Shown one piece after another: positions 55,835 through 64,000 of a stretch of 64,000 bases of DNA. Source of the stretch: Thermoplasmata archaeon (lineage in GTDB: Archaea > Thermoplasmatota > Thermoplasmata > Lutacidiplasmatales > UBA184). Position numbers and translations under genes: made by a program. Below the pieces are notes generated by a model, which ran no database searches, was not told the origin of the DNA, and saw only the letters and a list, made by a program, of their open reading frames with translations. Every line of letters begins with the position of its first letter. Positions within the stretch are counted from its first letter, which is position 1. The stretch covers positions 42,033 to 106,032 of the forward strand of contig JAKIWO010000002.1 in assembly GCA_022749995.1 (NCBI GenBank), in the 5' to 3' direction.

Positions 55835-57205
55835 ATGAGCAACGACCCAACCGCCGCAAAGTACCAGATCCGCGCCCGCATCGCCGCCGAAGGCGTCATC
55901 GACAAACCCGACGTCGTCGGCGCCGTCTTCGGGCAGACCGAGGGGCTCCTCGGAGACGAACTCGACCTCCGCGACCTGCAGAAGTCCGGCCGCGTCGGGC
56001 GCATCGAGGTGGACATCGACTCCCGCAAGGGCAAGAGCGAGGGGGAGATCCTGATCCCCTCCTCCCTCGACCAGGTCGAGACCGCCATCCTCGCCTCCGG
56101 CCTAGAGACCGTCGACCGCATCGGGCCTTGCCGGGCCCGCATCGAAGTGATCTCGGTCGAAGACATCCGCATCTCCAAGCGCCAAAAGATCGTCGAGCGC
56201 GCCAAGGAGATCCTCACCAAGATCCAAGAGGAGTCCAAAGGCGTCGGGATCGACCTCACCGAGAGCGTCCGCAAGGCGGTCCAGGTGGACGAGATCACGA
56301 CCTACGGGGCGGAGCACCTGCCCGCCGGCCCCAACATCGACCAGGCCGACGCGCTGATCGTCGTCGAGGGCCGCAGCGATGTGCTCAACCTGCTGCGCTG
56401 CGGGATCAAGAACGTCATCGCGGTGGAAGGCACGAGCGTGCCCCAGACCGTGAAGGACCTCTCCCGCGGCAAGACCGTCACCGTCTTCACCGACGGCGAC
56501 CGGGCGGGCGAGCTCATCCTGCGTGAGATGCTCCAGACGATGGACATCGACTTCGTGGCCCGCGCCCCGCGCGGCTCGGAGGTCGAGGAGCTCACCCAGA
56601 AGCAGCTCGTCAAGTGCCTGCGGAACAAGATCCCGATCAATCAGTACCTGGAGATGAGCGGGTTCGAGTCCACGGGCTCCACTCGGGCCCCCCAGGACGA
56701 CCGGGGCGAGGGTCCCGGACCGGACCGGCGCGAAGGCCCCGGACCGGACCGGCGCGAAGGCCCCGGACCGGACCGGCGCGACAACCGCAACGACAACCGG
56801 CCACCGCGACGCGAGAACGACAACCGGCCTCCCCCGCCGCCGCCTCCTCCTCGCGCCCCGGCACCGGCTCCCCCGGCCCCGGTGAGCGCGGCCCAGCTGC
56901 CCCCGCGGCTGGCCTCGTTCTTCGAGCTGCTCGGAGGGATCGAGAACACGTCGAAGTCGCTCTTCCTCGGCCCGGACGACGCGGTCGTGGCGGAAGCCCC
57001 CGTCAAGGAGATGATCGAACGGCTGCTGACCCTGGAGCCGGCGGCCAAGACCGTCATCTTTGATGGCGTGGTGAGCCAGCGGCTCCTGGATGTCGCCCAC
57101 GAGAAGGGGATCGAGACGGTGATCGCGAACCGGATGGGTGCCGTGGGGAAGATCCCCGACGAGGTAAAGGTGCTCACGCGCCTCGACCTGGGCCCGGTGC
57201 ACTAG
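55835..57205 (+). CDS. dnaG: Archaeal DnaG (TOPRIM; exosome-associated)
   Basis: KPDVVGAVFGQTEGLLG, LQKSGRVGRI, VEGRSDV, DGDRAG, FDGVVSQRLLD. Confidence 0.96.
   Translation: MSNDPTAAKYQIRARIAAEGVIDKPDVVGAVFGQTEGLLGDELDLRDLQKSGRVGRIEVDIDSRKGKSEGEILIPSSLDQVETAILASGLETVDRIGPCRARIEVISVEDIRISKRQKIVERAKEILTKIQEESKGVGIDLTESVRKAVQVDEITTYGAEHLPAGPNIDQADALIVVEGRSDVLNLLRCGIKNVIAVEGTSVPQTVKDLSRGKTVTVFTDGDRAGELILREMLQTMDIDFVARAPRGSEVEELTQKQLVKCLRNKIPINQYLEMSGFESTGSTRAPQDDRGEGPGPDRREGPGPDRREGPGPDRRDNRNDNRPPRRENDNRPPPPPPPPRAPAPAPPAPVSAAQLPPRLASFFELLGGIENTSKSLFLGPDDAVVAEAPVKEMIERLLTLEPAAKTVIFDGVVSQRLLDVAHEKGIETVIANRMGAVGKIPDEVKVLTRLDLGPVH
56707..56778 (+). repeat. 3 x 24-bp in-frame tandem repeat (EGPGPDRR) in the dnaG linker
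   Basis: cga[ga]gg[tc]cccggaccggaccggcg repeated three times. Confidence 0.95.
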
Positions 57206-57239
57206 CGGCTCCGGAGCGCGGCGTTCGGGGTCTCGGACG

Positions 57240-58784
57240 ATGAGCGAGGAGGCGGCGGAGAAACCGCGCCCGCCCGCCTCCGTCGCGGAGATCGAGACCA
57301 CCGAGCAGATCCCGATCCCCTCCGACCCCCTCGAGCGGGTGATCGGTCAGGAGAAGGCGGTGGAGATCGCCCGCATCGCCGCCTACCAGCACCGGCACTT
57401 GCTGTTGGTGGGCCCGCCGGGAATCGGGAAGTCGATGACGGCCCAGGCGCTCGCCCTGCACCTCGAGCGACCGACGACCGAGGTGCGCGTCGTCCACAAC
57501 CCGGAGAACCCCGAACGGCCCAGCGTCGAGCTGGTCCGCCGCGAGGAGGTGCTCGTCGAGCGGGAGGCGGCACGGACCACCGAGGGCGAGCTGATCGCCC
57601 CCACGGAGGCCCCTGCCTCGGTGACCGAACGGCTCGGCTACCGTTGCCCGCGGTGCTCCTTCTACTCCCTTCCCGTCGATCGCTACTGCCCCAGCTGCGG
57701 GAACTCCAAGCAGGTGCTTCCCGCCGGCAGCGGTTCCGGGAACCCGTTCCGCGACCTGGTCGGCGGGATCCTCGAGCTCACCGTGAGTCCCGGAGGCAAT
57801 CCGCAGGAGTCGGTGCGAACGACCCGACTCAAGAACGGCGTCGAGGAGGTCGTGGCCTACGAGCGGGCGGGCGACCGGATCCGGGTGCTGGACCAGCACG
57901 CGCTGGAGCGCCGCCGCCTCAAGCAGCGCGAAAGCCCACGCAAGGTGCTCGTCAAGCTCGACCGCAACAGCTTCGTCCTCGCCACCGGCGCGAGCGAGAC
58001 CGAACTGCTCGGCGACGTGCGGCACGACCCGTACGGGGGACATCCCCAGCTGGGAACCCAGCCGTTCGAGCGGGTCATCCCGGGAGCCATCCACGAAGCC
58101 CACGAGGGGGTGCTCTTCATCGACGAGCTCCCGCACCTCGGCCATCTACAACGGTTCATCCTGACCGCGATGCAGGAGCGGCGGTTCCCGATCTCCGGAC
58201 GGAATCCGCAATCGGGCGGGGCCTCCGTACGACTCGACAGCGTGCCCTGTGACTTCATCCTCGTCGCGGCCTGCAACATCCAGGACATCCACCAGATCCT
58301 CGCCCCGCTCCGCTCCCGGATCGAAGGAGGAGGGTACGAGGTCCTGCTCGAAACCGCCATGCCCGACACCGAGCGAAACCAACTCCGCTTCGCCCAATTC
58401 GTCGCTCAGGAGATCGCCTCGGACGGTCGGATCCGTCCGGCGACGCGGGAGGCGATCGAGGAGCTCCTCGGCGAGTCCCGCCGCCGGGCCGATCGCATCG
58501 ATGGGCGGCGCAACTCGCTCACGCTCCGCCTGCGCGAGATGGGCGGACTGCTGCGCACGGCGGGCGACATCGCGACGACGACCGGGAGCCCGCTGCTCGA
58601 GGGCTCGCACGTGCGGGAGGCTCGCGACCGGGCCCGCTCGATCGAAGAGCAGATCCGGGCGGCCTACGGTTCCCTGCAGACCGGCCTGCAGCGGGACGTC
58701 ACCGAGTCACAACGTCAGCAGATGGGCTACTATTCTTGGAACGAGCACAAGGACCCGTCGGAGTTCCCCGGCGGGTACGGCTAG
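57240..58784 (+). CDS. LonB-related AAA+ ATPase with Zn-ribbon and no protease domain
   Basis: VIGQE, GPPGIGKS, CPRC...CPSC, LLGDVRHDPYGG, GAIHEAHEGVLFIDE, LRSRI, LRLREMGG. Confidence 0.88.
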   Translation: MSEEAAEKPRPPASVAEIETTEQIPIPSDPLERVIGQEKAVEIARIAAYQHRHLLLVGPPGIGKSMTAQALALHLERPTTEVRVVHNPENPERPSVELVRREEVLVEREAARTTEGELIAPTEAPASVTERLGYRCPRCSFYSLPVDRYCPSCGNSKQVLPAGSGSGNPFRDLVGGILELTVSPGGNPQESVRTTRLKNGVEEVVAYERAGDRIRVLDQHALERRRLKQRESPRKVLVKLDRNSFVLATGASETELLGDVRHDPYGGHPQLGTQPFERVIPGAIHEAHEGVLFIDELPHLGHLQRFILTAMQERRFPISGRNPQSGGASVRLDSVPCDFILVAACNIQDIHQILAPLRSRIEGGGYEVLLETAMPDTERNQLRFAQFVAQEIASDGRIRPATREAIEELLGESRRRADRIDGRRNSLTLRLREMGGLLRTAGDIATTTGSPLLEGSHVREARDRARSIEEQIRAAYGSLQTGLQRDVTESQRQQMGYYSWNEHKDPSEFPGGYG

Positions 58785-58838
58785 CCGGCCCTCCTCGTGC
58801 GATAGAAATAAAGGGCCGACTTCGCTCGGCCGCCCGTC

Positions 58839-58911
58839 GGGCGCGTAGTCTAGCGGTTATGACGTCACCCTGACACGGTGAAGGTCGCCAGTTCAAATCT
58901 GGCCGCGCCCA
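58839..58911 (+). tRNA. tRNA-Val(GAC)
   Basis: GGGCGCG acceptor stem, TCACC-CTGACAC-GGTGA anticodon arm, GCCAG-TTCAAAT-CTGGC T arm; AT-rich promoter at ~58803-58812. Confidence 0.96.
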
Positions 58912-59098
58912 CGGTCCGCACGGGCTAGTACCCATTCGACGTCCGTTGCACAGGTTGAATCTAGTTCGGTCCGCGGCCCTCCCGGGGCAGAGTACGCCCT
59001 CAACAGAGCCGGCCAAGTTCCCCTCTTCTGAGCGACGGAGATGGGGGCCATGCTAGCGTCTCCGTGCTCTTGTAGGCTGGCCGCCTAACTCCGATTCC

Positions 59099-60388
59099 GT
59101 GGCCACGTCGAGCCCCAGAGCAGAGCGAAGCGCGACCGGGTCACCCACTCGTGTCCTGCGACATGCCAACTTCCGACTCCTGTGGATTGGCTCGGTAGCG
59201 TCCTCCGCCGGCGCGTCCATCGGTTCCATCGTGATCATTTGGCTGGTCTACAACGCCACCCACTCCCCCATCGCGATCTCACTCCTCGGCGTCGCCCAGT
59301 TCCTCCCGACCTTGGTGTTTGGTCTCCTCGCCGGGGCCCTCATCGACCGATGGGACCGGCGTCGCCTCATGCTGGCCTGCGATCTGGCCCGGGCCATCGG
59401 CTTCGGTGCGCTGGCGCTCTTCGTCTGGTTCTACGGCGCGAACACCATCGTCCTGATCGGGGTGGTCTTCGTCGTCGCTGCCTTCAGCACTGCCTTCCGA
59501 CCCGCGACGAACGCAACGATTCCGCGGCTCCTGCCCAGCTCCGAGGTCACGGAGGGGAATGGTCTCCTCCAAGGAGGTAGCACGATCGCGTCCTTCCTCG
59601 GCAGTCCGATCGGAGGCCTACTCGTCGTGACCCTGGGCGCCGTGGTCGGGCTCGCCCTCAACGCCCTCACCTTTGCGATCTCGGGGGCGATGATCTTCCT
59701 GATGGCGATTCCTGCGGCCCACCGGGACTCCCCAACACCCGAGCCGGCGCGGCGGTCGCTCCTGACGGAGGTAGGGGAAGGATTTCGTTACCTTCGGTCT
59801 CAGCCGGCCCTCCTCATCATCACGCTTTCGGCGATGGGGGCCAACTTCTTCCTTTCGATTTGGGGCGGGTTCACCGTGATCTACGTCGCTTTTCAACTCC
59901 ACCAGGGGGCCGCTGGATTCGGGATCGTCGTGGCCGCGAACACGGCCGGATTCGCGATCGGAGCGATGCTGCCCGCCCGCCTCCACGCCGAGCGGGCTCC
60001 GGGCATCTGGCTCTCTGTGGCCTGGAGTCTCGTCGGCTTCTTGATTGTGGGACTCGCCTTCACCCGCTCGCTCGCTGTGGCGGTGGTGCTGACGCTCGTG
60101 GCGGGAGCCCTGCTTTCCCTCGGGAACACGACCTGGCTCTCGGGCGTCCAGCGATCCGTCCCGGACGAGTTTCTGGGTCGATATTTCGCAACCGATGAAG
60201 CGGGTAGCTTCGCGATGATCCCGCTCGGCGTGGTCGTTGGTGGGGTGCTCGTCGTCCTGATAGGGATCTCCTGGAGCTTTGTCTTTGCTGGCGTGGGGGC
60301 AATCTTCCTCGGCCTGCCCCTGCTCTTCTCCAACGACGTCCGCCGTTGGGGTCGACCGGGCCGGCTTCAAGTTACAGAAAACGCGTAG
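59099..60388 (+). CDS. MFS transporter (DHA3/macrolide-efflux-like)
   Basis: NFRLLW, GALIDRWDRRRLM (motif A), VPDEFLGR, 12 TM helices. Confidence 0.92.
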   Translation: MATSSPRAERSATGSPTRVLRHANFRLLWIGSVASSAGASIGSIVIIWLVYNATHSPIAISLLGVAQFLPTLVFGLLAGALIDRWDRRRLMLACDLARAIGFGALALFVWFYGANTIVLIGVVFVVAAFSTAFRPATNATIPRLLPSSEVTEGNGLLQGGSTIASFLGSPIGGLLVVTLGAVVGLALNALTFAISGAMIFLMAIPAAHRDSPTPEPARRSLLTEVGEGFRYLRSQPALLIITLSAMGANFFLSIWGGFTVIYVAFQLHQGAAGFGIVVAANTAGFAIGAMLPARLHAERAPGIWLSVAWSLVGFLIVGLAFTRSLAVAVVLTLVAGALLSLGNTTWLSGVQRSVPDEFLGRYFATDEAGSFAMIPLGVVVGGVLVVLIGISWSFVFAGVGAIFLGLPLLFSNDVRRWGRPGRLQVTENA

Positions 60389-60610
60389 TGGTGCTACCCC
60401 CCGCGTCCCGTCGGAGGTGTGCGAGCTCGATTGAAACTGCATCGCATCTGGTGGTCGCCCGCCCAGGCCGTCGCCGTCCAGCGAGACTAGACCGGCTGAA
60501 CGCCCAGGAGCGACGCCTCCGGGCGCTCCTGGTAAGCCAGGGCCGCGGGGAGCTCGAACGTGGTACGGGACCCTAACGACTCTGTATAGTAGGAGGAACT
60601 TCCGACGCTG

Positions 60611-63559
60611 ATGCGTTCCGAGAGTGCTCGAAAGCAGCGCAGACGAATCGGCCGGGCAGCCTTTGCGTTGGGCCTCGTAGTCCTGTTCGTCGCCTCGGGG
60701 CTAGCGAGGACGCCGCTTCATCCGCGGTCGACCTCCCCACCCAGTCTCATGGCTGGACCAGGAGCTCCCCTATCGATTTCCGCCGCGCACTTCTCGAACC
60801 CCCCCAATACGTCCCAGGCGACCCCGGCTCGCTCGGCCTGCGTCCCCGATCCTGCGTGCGCGGGCGTCGCGGCGCACCCTTCGGATTCCTTCGACGTCTG
60901 GACCGACGTCTCGGTCCTCAATCCGGTCTCCCCTCCGCCGCTCACCTACTCAACGATGTCCTACGACCTGGGCCACCAGAGCATCATTCTGTTCGGCGGT
61001 CTCTCTTCGACCGGTGCGACCAACTACACCTGGGAGTTCAAGCACTTCACCTGGACGAATCTGACCCCCACGCTCTCCGTCTCTCCACCGGCGCGGTACC
61101 ACGCCTCGATGTCGTACAACCTCTACCCGAGCGGAATCGTCCTGTTCGGCGGAGAGGCGAGCGGAACCGACTTCCTGGGAGACTCCTGGTTCTGGAACGG
61201 CTCCGCCTGGAGCGAGATCGCCGCCGGAGGGCTTCCCACCCCCGCGCCGAGAGCGGGCGCGTCGTTCGCCTACGACTACAAGGATACGTACGGCGTGTTG
61301 TTCGGAGGCACGAACGGCTCCTACAACTTCAACGATACGTGGACCGTCTCGGGGGGGCAGTGGACCCAGGTCCACCCCGCACATTCCCCGCCGGCACGCT
61401 ACTTTAGTTCGGAGAGCTGGGACGAGAATAGCCACGACGTCCTATTGTTCGGCGGCACGCGCATGCCGGGACAGGGATTCGCCGACACGTGGACCTACGC
61501 CGGAGGGAGCTGGACGAGCGTGAACGCGCTTACCCCGCCCCTCGACCGAGAGCTCGCCGGCGCCGACTTCGACTTTGGGCTCGGCCAAGTGCTCCTCTTC
61601 GGAGGGTTCAATCCGGAGGGCTGCTCGGCGCTCGGCGACACGTGGAGCTACACGAGCTCCCTGTGGCGGGAGCAGTACAACACAGAGACCGGGAGCTACG
61701 GGCCCCTCCCCCGCGACGGGGCGGCCCTCGCGTTCGATTCCAACATCAATTTCGCCGTCCTGTTCGGAGGCGAGGAAGGCACCTGCTCTCCCAACCAGTA
61801 CGTCAACGACACCTGGGTGTTCGGCCCCTGGACCCAGCCGCCTCCGGCGCTGCTCTCCGCGACCCTCGTCGCGGCACCCTCCTCCGGACCGGCTCCGCTC
61901 GCCACGGAATTGACCGCGAAGGTGACCGGCGGGATCCAACCGTACACTGTCGACTTCACGTTCGACGACGGTACACCGGACGTTGTCACGACGACCGTGG
62001 GGGTCGCGAGCGCGAACGACACCTACACCCAGAGCCAGAACTTCATGCCCCACGTCACCGTCACCGACGCCGCGCTGCACGCGGTGAGCGTCTCGACGAC
62101 GGTGAGCGTCGGCTCGGTGATGGTAGGGGATTGGTACCCCCCACGGGACACCTACCAATTCTACAACTTCGGCGACTACTGGTCCGGGGGCGGGAACTGC
62201 TACGGGATCTCGAGCTCCGAGATCCTCTACTGGGAGCACGACATCCGGGGCTCGGGGAGCGCCCCCTACCTACCGACCGCCGACCCCGCGACGAGCTCCC
62301 TCCTGACCAATACCAGCGATCCGAAGGCACTCAACGCCACCTCCCTGGCGATCATGCAGCACCAGACGGAGGACCCGAACATCGGCCAGCTGCCCTGGTT
62401 CTTCTGGTCCGTGAATCTCCACCCCAATTGGAACGAGCTGCTCGGGTACCTGAAGAGCGGCTTCCCCATCACGATGGGACTCGGCTTCAACGACCTGCAC
62501 GCGGTCGTCGCGTTCGGCGAGCAGCAGCTCGCGAACGGGACCTTTCTCCTCGACATCTCCGACCCCAACGAGCCGCGGCAGACCACCCACGGGTTCTACG
62601 ACCCGAACGCCAACCAGTTCACGTACGGGGCCGCGGGGTGGCATTGGCACGGGTTCGACGTGCTCAGTACGGGGGTCCCAAGGAGCCTTCAGCCGTCGTG
62701 GTACTATCCGTTCGGAGACCCCTGGAACATCTGGAACGACTCGTACTTCACCAGCGGCAGCGGCGGCTTCACCTTCATCGCGGCGATCGAGCCGATCACG
62801 GTGACCGCCGGGACCGGAACCGACTCCTTTGGCGCCTCGGGGAACTCGCAGACCTTTGTGAACCACATTCCGGGAAGCTCCGGCATCGAGGAAGACACGG
62901 TCCAGGTGTACGCGATCCCCGATGCGTCGGTGGGACCCGGGCTCATTCTCAAGGACCCGAGCGTCGGAAGCTCGGTGTTCCAGGTCCTGAGGGCGAACAA
63001 CAGCACCGGGAGCCTCGTACTGACCGGGTTCAGCGTGGCCGTCGACTCCGTGGGTCCGCACTCCTTCACTCTTCGACCCAACCCTTCGGGATTCGGCCTC
63101 GATATCGGCAACGTTTCGAACGACACCGCCTGGGCGAACCTGACCTTTTACCACCTCGCCCACAACCAGCACGCCGAGCTCAACGCGTCCCTGCTCGACT
63201 TCTCGAGCGGGTCGGTCGCGAACTTCACCGTGCTCGACTGGAGCGGCCTTTCCTCCACCACAACCTCCTCGGTGACGGTGACGGTAACCTCCGCCCACGG
63301 GGGCGCCACCTCCACCTACCACCTCGTGAACGGCCAGATCGGACTCACCCCTCACCGCACGCCACCGGGAGTCGGCAACTCGAACGCGACCGATAGCCCG
63401 TTCTACGCCACGCACAACTTCTGGATCGGGTTGGGGATAGGAGCCGTCGGAATGGTCGTGGTAGCCGTCGTCGGGGTCATCCTGGCGCGCCGCGAAGCAC
63501 GAAGGGGATCTAGGTCCAACTCGCAAGGGACCTCTCGCCCCCCACTCACGCCGCCCTAG
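60611..63559 (+). CDS. Surface protein: Kelch-like propeller, PKD domain, putative papain-like domain, C-terminal TM helix
   Basis: Six LFGG...TW repeats; PSSGPAPL...FDDG...YT PKD motif; GNCYG / HAVV / SDPN; C-terminal TM helix. Confidence 0.85.
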   Translation: MRSESARKQRRRIGRAAFALGLVVLFVASGLARTPLHPRSTSPPSLMAGPGAPLSISAAHFSNPPNTSQATPARSACVPDPACAGVAAHPSDSFDVWTDVSVLNPVSPPPLTYSTMSYDLGHQSIILFGGLSSTGATNYTWEFKHFTWTNLTPTLSVSPPARYHASMSYNLYPSGIVLFGGEASGTDFLGDSWFWNGSAWSEIAAGGLPTPAPRAGASFAYDYKDTYGVLFGGTNGSYNFNDTWTVSGGQWTQVHPAHSPPARYFSSESWDENSHDVLLFGGTRMPGQGFADTWTYAGGSWTSVNALTPPLDRELAGADFDFGLGQVLLFGGFNPEGCSALGDTWSYTSSLWREQYNTETGSYGPLPRDGAALAFDSNINFAVLFGGEEGTCSPNQYVNDTWVFGPWTQPPPALLSATLVAAPSSGPAPLATELTAKVTGGIQPYTVDFTFDDGTPDVVTTTVGVASANDTYTQSQNFMPHVTVTDAALHAVSVSTTVSVGSVMVGDWYPPRDTYQFYNFGDYWSGGGNCYGISSSEILYWEHDIRGSGSAPYLPTADPATSSLLTNTSDPKALNATSLAIMQHQTEDPNIGQLPWFFWSVNLHPNWNELLGYLKSGFPITMGLGFNDLHAVVAFGEQQLANGTFLLDISDPNEPRQTTHGFYDPNANQFTYGAAGWHWHGFDVLSTGVPRSLQPSWYYPFGDPWNIWNDSYFTSGSGGFTFIAAIEPITVTAGTGTDSFGASGNSQTFVNHIPGSSGIEEDTVQVYAIPDASVGPGLILKDPSVGSSVFQVLRANNSTGSLVLTGFSVAVDSVGPHSFTLRPNPSGFGLDIGNVSNDTAWANLTFYHLAHNQHAELNASLLDFSSGSVANFTVLDWSGLSSTTTSSVTVTVTSAHGGATSTYHLVNGQIGLTPHRTPPGVGNSNATDSPFYATHNFWIGLGIGAVGMVVVAVVGVILARREARRGSRSNSQGTSRPPLTPP

Positions 63560-63571
63560 ACCTCGACGGCC

Positions 63572-63589
63572 CCACTCCACCAGGAGTGG
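63572..63589. terminator. Hairpin between convergent genes
   Basis: CCACTCC-acca-GGAGTGG. Confidence 0.4.
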
Positions 63590-63610
63590 AGCTGCGGTCC
63601 GCGTCGTCCG

Positions 63611-64000
63611 CTAGGCGGGCGCGCGGGTAGGGGCGCCAGAGGCTGGGACTCCACGCCCTGAAGCTGGATCGGTCTGGGGGGTGGCTGGTTCCACCCACTT
63701 CCACGCACACCACACAATGGCCACGCCGATGGCGATCATCGCCGACGTGAGGAATGCGTAGGCCAATGTTGGCGTCCCAACAAAAAGCGTTCCGACGTTG
63801 ATCGCAGTCAAAATCCCCCCCACGAGCATGTTTGCCCGACGATTCGCTGAAGGGTTCAGAATCCGAGCAAGAAGTACCATGATGATCGCGGGTTCCACTA
63901 GCAGGGCCCCGAACAGGACGAACGCTGGGGTGTAATGAATCGGCGACACGTGGTCGATGTAGACATGGTTGTACAATGTGGTGATATCGCCGTAGGCACT
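63611..64000 (-). CDS. Small membrane protein, DUF6326-like (5' end outside the window)
   Basis: Frame is open to the window edge: AYGDITTLY, EPAIIMVLL, NRRAN, IVWCAWKW. Confidence 0.7.
   Translation of the reverse strand, partial: SAYGDITTLYNHVYIDHVSPIHYTPAFVLFGALLVEPAIIMVLLARILNPSANRRANMLVGGILTAINVGTLFVGTPTLAYAFLTSAMIAIGVAIVWCAWKWVEPATPQTDPASGRGVPASGAPTRAPA

Noticed and set aside
56707..56778. 24-bp repeats as a CRISPR array
   Set aside because: Head-to-tail with no spacers, in frame inside dnaG, and no cas genes nearby.

Overview
A high-GC (about 70% by eye) archaeal chromosomal segment. Gene content (EF-2, S7, S12, S8e, SRP19, GPN GTPase, PolB, PolD DP1, XPD, archaeal DnaG, RNase HII, PdaD, a Lon-like ATPase) suggests Thermoplasmata, possibly an uncultured acid-soil or peat lineage (inference). 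Most of the window is housekeeping genes, and most overlapping ORFs in the track are GC-rich shadow frames. The outstanding block is ~29.9-41.5 kb, a respiratory locus with no cytochrome c. It holds heme O and heme A synthases, an A1-type heme-copper oxidase subunit I, a CuA subunit II split into two overlapping ORFs, cytochrome b, a Rieske protein, three small unknown membrane proteins, an embedded tatA-tatC-tatB-like module (the last probably CTG-initiated), two membrane-anchored cupredoxins and an AbrB/PhoU-type regulator. The regulator promoter and the tatA promoter share a TATA-proximal GGTTCGAACC palindrome, a candidate operator. Other notable items are variant G1/G2 motifs in EF-2, an hddA-gmhA-CBS/ParB operon, a structured ~200-nt dnaG leader, a protease-less Lon ATPase, tRNA-Pro(GGG) and tRNA-Val(GAC), and a possibly accessory region after tRNA-Val with a Kelch-PKD-papain-like surface protein. 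All calls come from reading motifs by eye; no database searches were run.
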